From contig OZ241869.1 in assembly GCA_965202805.1 (NCBI GenBank), positions 2,496,001-2,560,000 of the forward strand: a stretch of 64,000 nucleotides of DNA, in the 5' to 3' direction. A model generated the notes under the pieces. The model saw only the letters and a list, made by a program, of their open reading frames with translations, searched no databases and had not been told where the DNA came from. Origin of the DNA: Longimicrobiales bacterium. GTDB lineage: Bacteria > Gemmatimonadota > Gemmatimonadetes > Longimicrobiales > Gaopeijiaceae. A program made the translations under genes and the position numbers. The first letter of the stretch is position 1. The number at the start of each line of letters is the position of its first letter. This document shows, one piece after another, positions 1 to 9,543 of the stretch.

Positions 1-1
1 G

Positions 2-595
2 CGGACCGACGGCAGGGAGATCCTCGTGGCCGGCCAGAAGTCCGGGGTGGTCTGGGCGCTCGATCCGGATGACGAGGGAGCGGTGCTCTGGTCGACGAGG
101 GTGGGAAAGGGAAGCGTGCTCGGCGGGATTCACTGGGGCATGGCGACCGACGGCCGGTACGCCTACGCCCCCAACGCGGACCGGAACATCGTAATCGTGG
201 ACGTGAATCCCGAACGGGCCCCGGCGCCGGGCATGTACGCCCTGGACCTGATCAGCGGCGAGATCGTCTGGAGCGTTCCGGCCCCGGAGGACTCGTGCGC
301 GGGCAAGCGAAGGTGCTTCGCCGCCTTCTCCGCGGCACCCGCGGCGATTCCGGGAGTGGTCTTTTCGGGGGGACTGGACGGACACCTGCGGGCCTATGCG
401 GCGGAGGACGGACGGGTCCTGTGGGATTTCGACACGACCGAGGTCGCCGAGACCTCCAACGGCGTGGAGGGCAGGGGCGGAGCCATCGACGGCCCGGGTC
501 CGGTGGTCGCGGGCGGCATGTTGTTCGCCAACAGCGGCTACGCCCCGTTCGGCCAGATGCCCGGCAACCTGCTGCTGGCCTTCGGAGTCTGGTGA
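2..595 (+). CDS. PQQ-binding beta-propeller dehydrogenase (polyvinyl-alcohol dehydrogenase-like), C-terminal part, 5'-truncated by window edge
   Basis: Repeated ALD..G..lW PQQ blade motifs, GGIHWGMA, and C-terminal GMLFANSGY..GQMPGNLLLAF. Confidence 0.8.
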   Translation, partial: RTDGREILVAGQKSGVVWALDPDDEGAVLWSTRVGKGSVLGGIHWGMATDGRYAYAPNADRNIVIVDVNPERAPAPGMYALDLISGEIVWSVPAPEDSCAGKRRCFAAFSAAPAAIPGVVFSGGLDGHLRAYAAEDGRVLWDFDTTEVAETSNGVEGRGGAIDGPGPVVAGGMLFANSGYAPFGQMPGNLLLAFGVW

Positions 596-629
596 CCGGC
601 CCGCCGTACCCTTGCCCGGAGGACAAGGA

Positions 630-1472
630 ATGACTGGATGCGGAAGGTTGGTCGCGCCCTTGCCGGCGGCCATGGTCGTGCTGATATCGGCCTGCGCCGG
701 GAGCGACGGCATCCCCCGGACGGCGTCCGGCCACCCGGACATGAACGGCTTGTGGCAGGCGCTCGGAAACGCGCACTGGGACATCGAGCCGCACGCGGCC
801 CGCCCGGCACTCGCCATGCAGCCCGGCCCGGTGGTCCCGGTTCCGGCGAACGAGGTCGTCGCCCTGGGTGCCGTCGGATCCGTCCCATCCGGCTACGGCG
901 TCGTCGAAGGGGGCGAGATCCCCTACCTGCCCGAGGCGCTGGCGATGCGCGACGAGAACCGGGAGAGGTGGCTCGAGCGCGACCCCGAGATCAGGTGCTA
1001 CCTGCCGGGCGTGCCGCGGGCCACCTACATGCCCTTCCCCTTCCGCATCTTCCAGAGCGAGAGCAGGTTCTTCATCGCCTACGAGTACGCGGGCGCCATG
1101 CGCGACATCTACCTCGAGGACCCGGGGCCGCCGCAGGTGGATTCCTGGATGGGCCAGTCCCACGGCCGCTGGGAGGGCGACACCTTCGTGGTCGAGGTGA
1201 CCGGCTTCAACGGCCGGACGTGGCTGGATCGGGCCGGAAACCACCATGGGCCCGGCCTCAAGGTCACCGAACGCTACACGATGATCGGCCCCGACCACAT
1301 CATGTACGAGGCGGAGCTCGAAGACCCGGAGACGTTTTCCCGCCCCTGGACGCTGCGAATGCCGCTGTATCGCAACATCGACCCCAACGCCCGGCTGGGA
1401 CAGTTCAAGTGCGTCGAGTTCGTGGAGGAGCTGATGTATGGGCACCTGCGCAGGAACCCGATCCAGCGCTAA
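630..1472 (+). CDS. Conserved hypothetical exported protein/lipoprotein (GHPDxNGxW...C.xPGVPR family)
   Basis: GGAGG RBS before ATG 630; lipobox-like LISAC; motifs MGxSxGRWEGDT and C-terminal FKC. Confidence 0.7.
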   Translation: MTGCGRLVAPLPAAMVVLISACAGSDGIPRTASGHPDMNGLWQALGNAHWDIEPHAARPALAMQPGPVVPVPANEVVALGAVGSVPSGYGVVEGGEIPYLPEALAMRDENRERWLERDPEIRCYLPGVPRATYMPFPFRIFQSESRFFIAYEYAGAMRDIYLEDPGPPQVDSWMGQSHGRWEGDTFVVEVTGFNGRTWLDRAGNHHGPGLKVTERYTMIGPDHIMYEAELEDPETFSRPWTLRMPLYRNIDPNARLGQFKCVEFVEELMYGHLRRNPIQR

Positions 1473-1706
1473 CGGCGCCAACAACCCCGGCGGATTCTGG
1501 AAGGAACGGGAGCCAGCCCGGCCAGGACGCGGGAGATGCGTGGCTTGACGGCAGCTGCGGGAACCCCGCGAACGCGGAGATTTGACCTCAAATCGGGCCG
1601 GCGGATATCGTGGAGTATGAACCGTTTGGATCGCATTACCCTTGTGGGGCACGCGCGAAGTTCATTGGTGCTTGCGGGCGCGCACCGGGTCGGCGCGGAC
1701 GTCGCC

Positions 1707-2765
1707 ATGAGACCCGTGATGGTGCTGACGGCGACGCTCGCTCTGGCACTCGCCCCGTCTCTGCTCGCCTCTTCGTTGAGCGCCCAGCAGCCGGAGCCGG
1801 CGGCGGCGAACTGGACGATGCCGCGCACGCCCGCCGGACATCCCGACCTGCAGGGCAACTGGACCAACGCCACGGTCACCCCGATCCAGCGCCCGGAGGG
1901 ACAGGGGCCGGTTTTCACCCGGGAGGAGGTGGCGCGGATCGAAGGGCGCGTCCTCGAGTCGCGGGCGGAGGGCTACGCCGACAGCGACCCCAACCGGGAA
2001 GCCCCGCCCGTGGGTGGCGTCTTCACGGGCAACGCCCGCTTCGACGCCGCGACGGGAGGCACCGGCGGATACAACGCCTTCTACATCGATGCCGGCGAGC
2101 GCGTCGCGATCTTCAACGGCGAACCAAGGACTTCCCTGATCGTCGATCCGCCCGACGGACGAGTCCCGGAGCTGAACGACGAGGGCCGCGAGCTCGTCAC
2201 GGAGCGCCGCCGGCTCGCTCGACGGTTCGGCGCCTACGACAACCCCGAGAATCGGCCGCTCGGCGAGCGCTGCATCATGTCGTTCGGGTCGAACGCCGGG
2301 CCGCCGATGCTCCCGAACTACTTCTACAACAACAACTACACGATCGTGCAGACGCCGGACCACGTCATGATCATGACCGAGATGGTCCACGATGTCCGCG
2401 TCATCCGGCTCGGGGAGCCGAGGCGGCTGCCCCCGCATGTTCGTCCGTGGATGGGCGATTCGTGGGGGCGCTGGGAGGGAGACACCCTTGTCGTGGAGAC
2501 CACGAACCTCCACCCCAACCAGACCCTGCAGGGCATCCCCCCCTCCGGGGAGATGAAGGTCGTCGAGCGCTTCACGCGGGCCGGCGAGCGCACGATCAAC
2601 TACGAATTCACCGTCGAGGATCCGCGCATGCTCTCCCGGACCTGGAGCGGCGAAGTGCCGTTCACGCGGCTTGACGGGCTGGTCTACGAATACGCCTGTC
2701 ACGAGGGCAACTACTCGCTCGAGAACGTGCTTCGCGGCGCTCGGGCGCAGGAACGGAGGCAGTGA
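1707..2765 (+). CDS. Conserved hypothetical exported protein, paralog of 630-1472
   Basis: Signal peptide; GHPDLQGNW, ERC, MGDSWGRWEGDTLVVET, YEYACHEGN motifs. Confidence 0.75.
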   Translation: MRPVMVLTATLALALAPSLLASSLSAQQPEPAAANWTMPRTPAGHPDLQGNWTNATVTPIQRPEGQGPVFTREEVARIEGRVLESRAEGYADSDPNREAPPVGGVFTGNARFDAATGGTGGYNAFYIDAGERVAIFNGEPRTSLIVDPPDGRVPELNDEGRELVTERRRLARRFGAYDNPENRPLGERCIMSFGSNAGPPMLPNYFYNNNYTIVQTPDHVMIMTEMVHDVRVIRLGEPRRLPPHVRPWMGDSWGRWEGDTLVVETTNLHPNQTLQGIPPSGEMKVVERFTRAGERTINYEFTVEDPRMLSRTWSGEVPFTRLDGLVYEYACHEGNYSLENVLRGARAQERRQ

Positions 2766-2766
2766 G

Positions 2767-3267
2767 ATGGGCTGGATGGATGGGGGCTCGGCCGGAGGCG
2801 GAGATATCGCAGGCAATGCGCGGCTCGGCGCGACGCTATTGGCGGCCGTCGTCGCGCTGACGGTGGTGGTCGCGGCCCCGCTGGTCGCCCACCATGCCTT
2901 CGGCGCCGAATTCGACCGCAACGCGCCGATCAGGCTGCAGGGCCGGATCGTGAGGCTGGAGTGGGTGAACCCCCACACCTGGATTCACCTGGAGATCGAG
3001 AACGAGGACGGATCCTCCGAGGTCTGGGCCGTGGAGGGCGGCACCCCCAACGTGCTGCTCAGACGGGGGCTGCGCAGGGACTGCCTTCAGCCCGGCACGG
3101 AGATCATCGTGGACGGCTACCAGGCCAAGGACCACTCCCTCAGGCGCGCCAACGGACGCGACGTGACCTTCACCGACGGCAGCAAGATCTTCCTGGGTTC
3201 GTCGGGGACGGGCGCGCCGTACGATGAGGACCTGATCAGGGCTCGGCGGGAACGGGGGCGGTGTTAA
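2767..3267 (+). CDS. DUF6152 family exported protein
   Basis: Signal peptide ending AHHAF..EFD; WVNPH motif; W.VEGG.P motif; start codon uncertain. Confidence 0.7.
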   Translation: MGWMDGGSAGGGDIAGNARLGATLLAAVVALTVVVAAPLVAHHAFGAEFDRNAPIRLQGRIVRLEWVNPHTWIHLEIENEDGSSEVWAVEGGTPNVLLRRGLRRDCLQPGTEIIVDGYQAKDHSLRRANGRDVTFTDGSKIFLGSSGTGAPYDEDLIRARRERGRC

Positions 3268-3279
3268 CATCAACCCCAT

Positions 3280-3750
3280 TTACGAAAACCCGATCCACCT
3301 CCCCGCCGCCGCCACGGTGAACCACAGCGCCAGCGATACCGCGCCGACGATGCGGCCGGTCGCGCCGGGGTCGTCCGCTTCGCGACGCGCCACCCGCTCC
3401 CGCACCGCGAAGGTGAAGGCGAGCGCCAGCGGCAACGTGCACATCTTGACCCAGAACGAAGTGTTGTAGTAGGCCCTTATCGCCTCGGAGAGGAAGAGCG
3501 GCACGCCGGTGGCGGCCATGACCACCAGGCTTCCGACCAGCCACGGACGCGCGTTGCGTGCCAGCCGGGCCACCGGCTGGGAGGTGAGGCCCAGGCCGAG
3601 CAGCCGGAGATCCACGACCAGCAGGGCGCCCCCGAGGACGCAGAGCCCGATGAGGTGCACCGCCTCGAGGATCGGGAAGGCCCACACCGATTCGGCGACC
3701 GCCCGGCCGACCAGCGTCGACTCGCACCACCGGAAGAAGGGTTCGAGCAC
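3280..3750 (-). CDS. DUF6644 family membrane protein
   Basis: FPILEAVH...DLRLLG...YYN.SFWVKM...GRWIGF; about 4 TM segments. Confidence 0.7.
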   Translation of the reverse strand: MLEPFFRWCESTLVGRAVAESVWAFPILEAVHLIGLCVLGGALLVVDLRLLGLGLTSQPVARLARNARPWLVGSLVVMAATGVPLFLSEAIRAYYNTSFWVKMCTLPLALAFTFAVRERVARREADDPGATGRIVGAVSLALWFTVAAAGRWIGFS

Positions 3751-3756
3751 GGTCGT

Positions 3757-4323
3757 CTACTCCGCCCCGACGGCACCCACGGCGCACCCCGCCAGCCGGT
3801 TCACCCACGCGGGCTGCGGCTGAAGGTCGCAGTCGAACCAGTTGTAGGCGATCAGGCGGCCGGCGACCACGATGACCGCCCAGGCCGTGAGGGACACCGC
3901 GCCCGCAATCCGCGCGGCACGAGGGGGCGTTGCGTCCTCGTCCCAGTCGCCCGCGTCGCGGTGCACGCCGGCGTGGAAGATCGCCGCGTTGGCGCCGGCC
4001 AGGACCAGCACGGCAACCTTCGCCCGGAAGAAGAGGTTGTGGTAGTAGCGGAGCGGTTGCGAATAGAAGAGGAGGAGGCCCGTCACCGTCATGATGGCGA
4101 AGCCGATCCGCGTCCACGGAAGCAGCCGCCCGGTAAACGCCGTAACGGGCACCCGGCGGAATGCGATTCCGACGAGGCGCAGGTCCATCATGACCGTGGT
4201 GCCCACGAACAGGCCGAGCGTGAGGACATGCGTCGATTCCACCAGGGGCCACACGTACAGCGACTCCAGCAGAGCCACGCTCCAGGACGTCTCGCCGAGC
4301 CAGCCCAGAAAGCGCTCGATCAC
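3757..4323 (-). CDS. DUF6644 family membrane protein (paralog)
   Basis: WPLVESTH...DLRLVG...YYHN.FFRAK...GRLIAY. Confidence 0.7.
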   Translation of the reverse strand: MIERFLGWLGETSWSVALLESLYVWPLVESTHVLTLGLFVGTTVMMDLRLVGIAFRRVPVTAFTGRLLPWTRIGFAIMTVTGLLLFYSQPLRYYHNLFFRAKVAVLVLAGANAAIFHAGVHRDAGDWDEDATPPRAARIAGAVSLTAWAVIVVAGRLIAYNWFDCDLQPQPAWVNRLAGCAVGAVGAE

Positions 4324-4358
4324 GGACAGCGCTCGATCACAGGACAGCGCTCGGTCAC
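4311..4358. repeat. Three tandem copies of AGCGCTCG(A/G)TCAC (periods 17 and 18 bp) spanning the DUF6644 start codon
   Basis: Copies read directly at 4311-4323, 4328-4340 and 4346-4358. Confidence 0.85.
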
Positions 4359-4371
4359 GGGGCGTCCCGGG

Positions 4372-4857
4372 TCACGGGACTTCCGGGCCCGCGTCGTAGG
4401 AGGGGCGCAGGGTCTCGGCGGCGTAGACGGCGTGGCACCCGGTGCAGACGAGGTACACGTCGCCCCCCGCCTCGAAGACGGCGTCGGGATCGCGGGCCTG
4501 GGCCGCCGCGACCGCGCGTCTTCCGATCTCGATCATGGAGCGGGACATCGCCGTCCAGCGGTCCCGGCCCCGGGCGCGATCCTCAAGCAGCAGGAGGTTG
4601 CCGGACTCCGCCAGCACGAAAGCCGCGTTTTCCACCGCCTCCCACTCCTCCTCGGTGCGGGGCTCGATGTGGCGCGTGCCCTCCTCGTCCATGATCACGC
4701 CCACTGCATCCCAGTACACCTCCGCCGCCGGCTCGATGACCGACAGCATGAGCTGGCGCGAGTCGGCCACCGCTGCGAAGGGAGCCGGCTCGGGCGAGTC
4801 GGCGCAGCCGAGCAGGGCGAGCAGGCTCAGGGCGAAGATCGGGTCGTGCGTCGTCAT
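4372..4857 (-). CDS. Monoheme lipoprotein cytochrome c (cytochrome c'-like, class II)
   Basis: Lipobox LLGC; helical body; C-terminal CTGCH. Confidence 0.7.
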   Translation of the reverse strand: MTTHDPIFALSLLALLGCADSPEPAPFAAVADSRQLMLSVIEPAAEVYWDAVGVIMDEEGTRHIEPRTEEEWEAVENAAFVLAESGNLLLLEDRARGRDRWTAMSRSMIEIGRRAVAAAQARDPDAVFEAGGDVYLVCTGCHAVYAAETLRPSYDAGPEVP

Positions 4858-4970
4858 GGCCCGCAAACTTGCCCGGGCGGAACGGTCGCGAAAGGGGACC
4901 GCCACGGCCATGTTGTCCCCAGCGGCATCCCGTCCGCCCGGGACCACACCCACACCGAACCGGCAACCCC

Positions 4971-6263
4971 ATGAAGCTGACGTCGAACAATGCGCCGCGC
5001 GCCGCGCCGCGTTCCCTCTCCACGCGTTCCCTCTCCATCGCTCTCTTCGTTGCGCTGGCCGCGACCCTCCTGGCCCTTTCCGCCGGATCACGGCAACAGT
5101 GGACCACGGCCGAGCCGGAAGAGGTCGGCATGTCCAGCGAGGTGCTCGCCCGCATCGCGCCAACCATGCAGCGGTTGATCGACCGCAACGGAACGGCGGG
5201 AATCATGACCCTGGTGTCCCGCAGGGGCGAGATCGTGCACTGGAACGCGCAGGGTTGGCGCATCCGCGGCGACGACCCCCTCGAGCCCGACGACATCTTC
5301 CGCATCTACTCCATGACCAAACCGGTGACGAGCGTCGCGGCGATGATCCTCGTCGACGACGGGCTTCTCTCGCTGGACGACGAACTCGGGAGCGTCCTCC
5401 CGGATTTCGCCGGCGTCCAGGTCTACGAGAACGGAGGAACCCGGCCGCCCAGCCGACCCATCCTCATCCGCGACCTGCTCACGCACACGTCGGGGCTCAC
5501 CTACGGATTCTTCGGCGACAGCCCCGTCGACTCGATGTACAACCGCGAGCTGAACGCGCTTCCCGAAGGCCCGGGCGGCGACCTGGAAGAGAGAGTCGCC
5601 ACCATCGCGTCGCTGCCCCTGATCGACGATCCCGGCGCGCGCTGGAACTACAGCGTGTCCACGGACGTGCTCGGCCGCGTCGTGGAGGTGGTATCGGGCC
5701 AGTCCCTGAACGACTTCTTCCGCGAGCGCATCTTCGAGCCGCTGGGCATGGAGGATACCGGGTTTCGCGTTCCGGTGGGCAAACTCGATCGCTTCACCGC
5801 AATGTACCGCCGCAGCGGCGACGGCCTCGGCCCGGCGGGAATCCCCGGCGACGGCCCCTTCACCCGTCCCCCGACCTGGCTCTCCGGCGGCGGCGGCCTG
5901 GTTTCGACGGCCGGCGATTACCTCCGCTTCTGCCGAATGCTGCTGGGCGGGGGCGAACTCGACGGCGTGAGGCTCCTGCGGCCCGGGACGGTTCGCCTCA
6001 TGACCGGCAACTATCTGCCCGACGAGATGATCCCCATCCTGCCGGGACTCGACGACCAGGGGTTCGGCCTGGGCTTCGCCGTCTCGGTCGGAGTGAACGC
6101 GGGAAGCTACTGGTGGTCGGGCATTGCCAACACGTATTTCTGGGTGGATCCCCGCGAGGAGATCGTCGCAATGGCGTGGACGCAGCTTCAGCCCTACGGC
6201 GCGGCGCCGCTCGACCGCCTTCTGAGACCACTCGTGTACGAGGCCATCATCGACCGGGAATGA
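4971..6263 (+). CDS. Serine hydrolase, beta-lactamase class C family
   Basis: SxxK (YSMTK), LLTHTSG, WNYS, GGGGLVST motifs; signal peptide. Confidence 0.9.
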   Translation: MKLTSNNAPRAAPRSLSTRSLSIALFVALAATLLALSAGSRQQWTTAEPEEVGMSSEVLARIAPTMQRLIDRNGTAGIMTLVSRRGEIVHWNAQGWRIRGDDPLEPDDIFRIYSMTKPVTSVAAMILVDDGLLSLDDELGSVLPDFAGVQVYENGGTRPPSRPILIRDLLTHTSGLTYGFFGDSPVDSMYNRELNALPEGPGGDLEERVATIASLPLIDDPGARWNYSVSTDVLGRVVEVVSGQSLNDFFRERIFEPLGMEDTGFRVPVGKLDRFTAMYRRSGDGLGPAGIPGDGPFTRPPTWLSGGGGLVSTAGDYLRFCRMLLGGGELDGVRLLRPGTVRLMTGNYLPDEMIPILPGLDDQGFGLGFAVSVGVNAGSYWWSGIANTYFWVDPREEIVAMAWTQLQPYGAAPLDRLLRPLVYEAIIDRE

Positions 6264-6389
6264 CGAACGCGAGCCCGCTCGCAGTTTGCACCGCAGAACG
6301 ATTCACGGCCCCCGGGCACGCTACCGGTAGTAGTAGGGGCACATCGGCATACCATAGGTAGTAGTGCGCAACTTCCGCGGCGCAGACTC

Positions 6390-6932
6390 CTAGGTCCCGA
6401 ACACGATCTCCGCCTGGGCCCCGACCTCGATCTCCATCAGCGCGAACCAGCCCTGCGGCACCTCCAGCGCGAACATGGCCGGGCCGGAGGACGTGTGCAT
6501 GCGGGTGGTCTCGGGCTCCATCTGCTGGATATCGATGATGCGGGCATTCGCGTCCAGATAGGCGATGTCGAGCGGGATGAAGGTATCCTGCATCCAGAAG
6601 GACCGAACATCTTCGTCGTCGAACACGAAGATCATCCCCGATCCAGCGGCCAGATGGTCGCGGTTGCTCAGCCCCCGGCCGCGTTCGGTCGGGGTCCGTG
6701 CGATTTCCGCCACCACCGTGTCCGCGCCGAAGATCACCCAGGCGAGGTCGCGGCCGGGTCCCGCCGGCATGACCGCCTCCGACGCCTCGGGCACGGACTG
6801 GGCATCGCCCCCGGATCCGTTGCAGCCCAGGAGCGGCACAGCCAGGAGAAGCGCGGGGAGAAGCAGTTGGCCGAGACGCGGCGAGAGACTCCGGTGTCGG
6901 TCGTGCGGGGGAGAATGCGGGGGTGAGGACAT
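6390..6932 (-). CDS. DUF192 family lipoprotein
   Basis: EIA.T..ER..GL..R, GMIFVF, FWM.DT.IPLDI, ALEV..G motifs; lipobox LLGC. Confidence 0.85.
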   Translation of the reverse strand: MSSPPHSPPHDRHRSLSPRLGQLLLPALLLAVPLLGCNGSGGDAQSVPEASEAVMPAGPGRDLAWVIFGADTVVAEIARTPTERGRGLSNRDHLAAGSGMIFVFDDEDVRSFWMQDTFIPLDIAYLDANARIIDIQQMEPETTRMHTSSGPAMFALEVPQGWFALMEIEVGAQAEIVFGT

Positions 6933-7107
6933 CTATCGCCTGCCGGGAACAAGGTGGATCGTCGCATTCCGCGACGAGCGGGTGTCCCGTCCCCGGGCGC
7001 CGCCGGGTGGACGGGCGTTTCCATCGATTCACCTGCAATGATAACTTACGGGCGTCTCCCAGGAAGGATCCCGATCTTCGGGAACCGCGACGGAAACCAG
7101 GAAGCGC

Positions 7108-7362
7108 ATGCTCGACCCGGAACTCCTCGACATCCTCGTCTGCCCGGAAGCGCGCACCGCGCTGCGCATGGCCGACGACGATCTGTTGAGGGCACTCAAC
7201 CGGGCCGTCGAAGGAGGCGCGGTACGGAACCGGCGCGGCGAACTCCTGACCGACCCGGTGACGGCGGGCCTGGTCCGGGAGGACGGCACCGTCCTGTACC
7301 CCATACGGGACGGCATTCCCATCATGCTCATCGACGAGGCCGTCCCCGTCGGCAACCTCTGA
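7108..7362 (+). CDS. Trm112-like protein
   Basis: LLDILVCP...YPIRDGIPIMLIDEA. Confidence 0.85.
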   Translation: MLDPELLDILVCPEARTALRMADDDLLRALNRAVEGGAVRNRRGELLTDPVTAGLVREDGTVLYPIRDGIPIMLIDEAVPVGNL

Positions 7363-7437
7363 CGCATCGGACGCGCTTCAGCCATCACTCGAAGGCGCTC
7401 GGCTCCTAACGGCGCGCCGGGGGAACCACACCATCTC

Positions 7438-7641
7438 ATGTCCCTGATCGGGTTCCACCGCTTTCTCATCTACTCGGGCATCATCTTCTGCCTGGCCTTC
7501 TCGGGCTACGAGTTCGTTCAGTACTCCCGCTCGTCCTCCCTCGGAGATCTCCTGCTCGGGATCGTCTTTCTGACGCTGGGCATCCTGCTCGCCTACTACC
7601 TGTCGCGGCTGGCCGACTTTCTCGCGGGCAAGGGACGATAA
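7438..7641 (+). CDS. Small two-TM membrane protein
   Basis: 67 aa, two hydrophobic helices, coding-like codon usage. Confidence 0.65.
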   Translation: MSLIGFHRFLIYSGIIFCLAFSGYEFVQYSRSSSLGDLLLGIVFLTLGILLAYYLSRLADFLAGKGR

Positions 7642-7783
7642 CGCCCTCATCCAGCTCCCTGCCGGGAGCCTGACGCGCGAGGCAGTCGTCTCGCGGACGG
7701 CCCGTGACCTGCGTACTCTTCAGGAAAGCCGGTCACGCCGCTGCCGTCCGGCAACTTCAGGGAATTCAGGGGAGGAACGACCC

Positions 7784-9538
7784 ATGCGCGGCTTCACTAT
7801 TCCACTCGCCATCCTGCTCGCCATCGCCGTCCATCCCCTCACCGCCCGGGCTCAGTCCTTCGACCTGCTGATTCGAGGGGGACGGGTGCTGGACGGCACT
7901 GGCAATCCCGCGTTCGTCGCGGATGTGGGCGTCTCCGGAGGCGAGATCGTCGCGGTGGGGGATCTGGCCGGTGCGAGCGCGGCCCGCGAGATCGACGCGA
8001 CCGGGCTCCACGTCACGCCCGGCTTCATCGACATGCACTCGCATGCCGACCGCAGCCTGTTCAACGGGGACATCGAGATCCGGCGCGCGTCCAATCTCGT
8101 CGCCCAGGGAATCACGACCGTCGTGTTCGGGCCGGACGGACGAAATCCCGTTTGGCCCCTGGAAGCCGAGATCGCGGGGTACGAGAACGGGGGCACGGCG
8201 CTGAACGTGATTCCGATGGTCGGCCACGCCACGGTTCGCACCGTCGCGATGGGCTACGACTACGAGCGCCACGCGACTCCGGAGGAGATCGCGGTGATGG
8301 TCGCCGAGGTCCGCCAGGGGATGGAGGCCGGAGCCTGGGGGCTGGGCGCCGGACCCGAGTACCGGCCCGGGCGCTTCTCCACGACCGAGGAGATCATCGC
8401 CCTGGCACACGTCGTCGCCGACTACGACGGCTTCTACTACTCCCACCAGCGCAGCCAGTCCCCGCTTCCGCTCTGGCTCACCCCGAGCATCGTGGACGAG
8501 TACACGCCGCCTCCGACCTGGCCGCGGGGCTGGAGGCTCACGGCCACCGACGGCATGGGCGAGACCATTCGCATCGGGCGCGAAACCGGCATCCGCGTGG
8601 TGGGCACCCACATCAAGGCGAAAGGTCCGACCACATGGGGCCAGTCGGCGACCGACGTGGCCGCAATCAAGCGTGCCCGCGCCGAGGGCATCCAGGTCTA
8701 CCTCGACCAGTACCCCTACGAGACCTTCGGCGGTGGTTCAGCGGAGGTGATTCCGGCGTGGTACTATGCGCCGCCGGGCGAGAGCCGCGCCGGCGGGCTG
8801 GACGACCCGAAGTGGCGGGTCATCAACAGCGAGCTCTTCGCGAACTACAAGGACAACCTTCGCGCCCACCTGGGCGATCCGGAGATCTACCCCGAGATGG
8901 TCGCGGACATCGAGTACATGCTCGATCTTCAGGGCGGGGCCGCCCGGCACGTAATCGTCATCTCGCCTCAGGACGAGTCACTGGTCGGACACACCCTCGA
9001 GGAAGTGGCGAAGAAGAACGGCGTAACGCCGGTCGATCAGCTCATCCAGTTCGCGCTCGACAGCGAGCCGTCCGTCCGCTCCGGAGTGCGCTTCCGTCCG
9101 CTGGCCGGAAGCCCCGAAGATGTCGAGCGCTACATGCGGCAGGACTTTACCGCGACCGGCACGGATGGTGGAATCGTGCCGAACCCGGGTCCGGGGCGGC
9201 ATCCACGGTACTACGGGACGTATCCACACAAGATCGCGACCTACGTCCGCGACAAGGGCACCATCACGCTGCCGTTCTTCGTCCGCTCCTCGACCGGCCT
9301 GCCCGCCCAGATCATCGGGCTCCCCGACCGCGGGTACATCCGCCCGGGACAGAAGGCCGACCTGGTCGCCTTCGATTATCCGCGGGTGCAGGACCACGCG
9401 ACGATCATCAATCCGGGCGGCGGCAACGAGGGCATCGAGTACGTGTTCGTGAACGGTGAGGCGGTGGTCGACGGAGGCGAGCTGACGGGAGCCCTCCCCG
9501 GCCGGGTGCTACGGCGGCACGAGGCGCGCGGGCGGTAG
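7784..9538 (+). CDS. N-acyl-D-amino-acid deacylase family amidohydrolase (exported)
   Basis: PGFIDMHSH, HPRYYGTYP, GQKADLVAFD, VFVNG; signal peptide; GGAGG RBS. Confidence 0.85.
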   Translation: MRGFTIPLAILLAIAVHPLTARAQSFDLLIRGGRVLDGTGNPAFVADVGVSGGEIVAVGDLAGASAAREIDATGLHVTPGFIDMHSHADRSLFNGDIEIRRASNLVAQGITTVVFGPDGRNPVWPLEAEIAGYENGGTALNVIPMVGHATVRTVAMGYDYERHATPEEIAVMVAEVRQGMEAGAWGLGAGPEYRPGRFSTTEEIIALAHVVADYDGFYYSHQRSQSPLPLWLTPSIVDEYTPPPTWPRGWRLTATDGMGETIRIGRETGIRVVGTHIKAKGPTTWGQSATDVAAIKRARAEGIQVYLDQYPYETFGGGSAEVIPAWYYAPPGESRAGGLDDPKWRVINSELFANYKDNLRAHLGDPEIYPEMVADIEYMLDLQGGAARHVIVISPQDESLVGHTLEEVAKKNGVTPVDQLIQFALDSEPSVRSGVRFRPLAGSPEDVERYMRQDFTATGTDGGIVPNPGPGRHPRYYGTYPHKIATYVRDKGTITLPFFVRSSTGLPAQIIGLPDRGYIRPGQKADLVAFDYPRVQDHATIINPGGGNEGIEYVFVNGEAVVDGGELTGALPGRVLRRHEARGR

Positions 9539-9543
9539 GCCCC

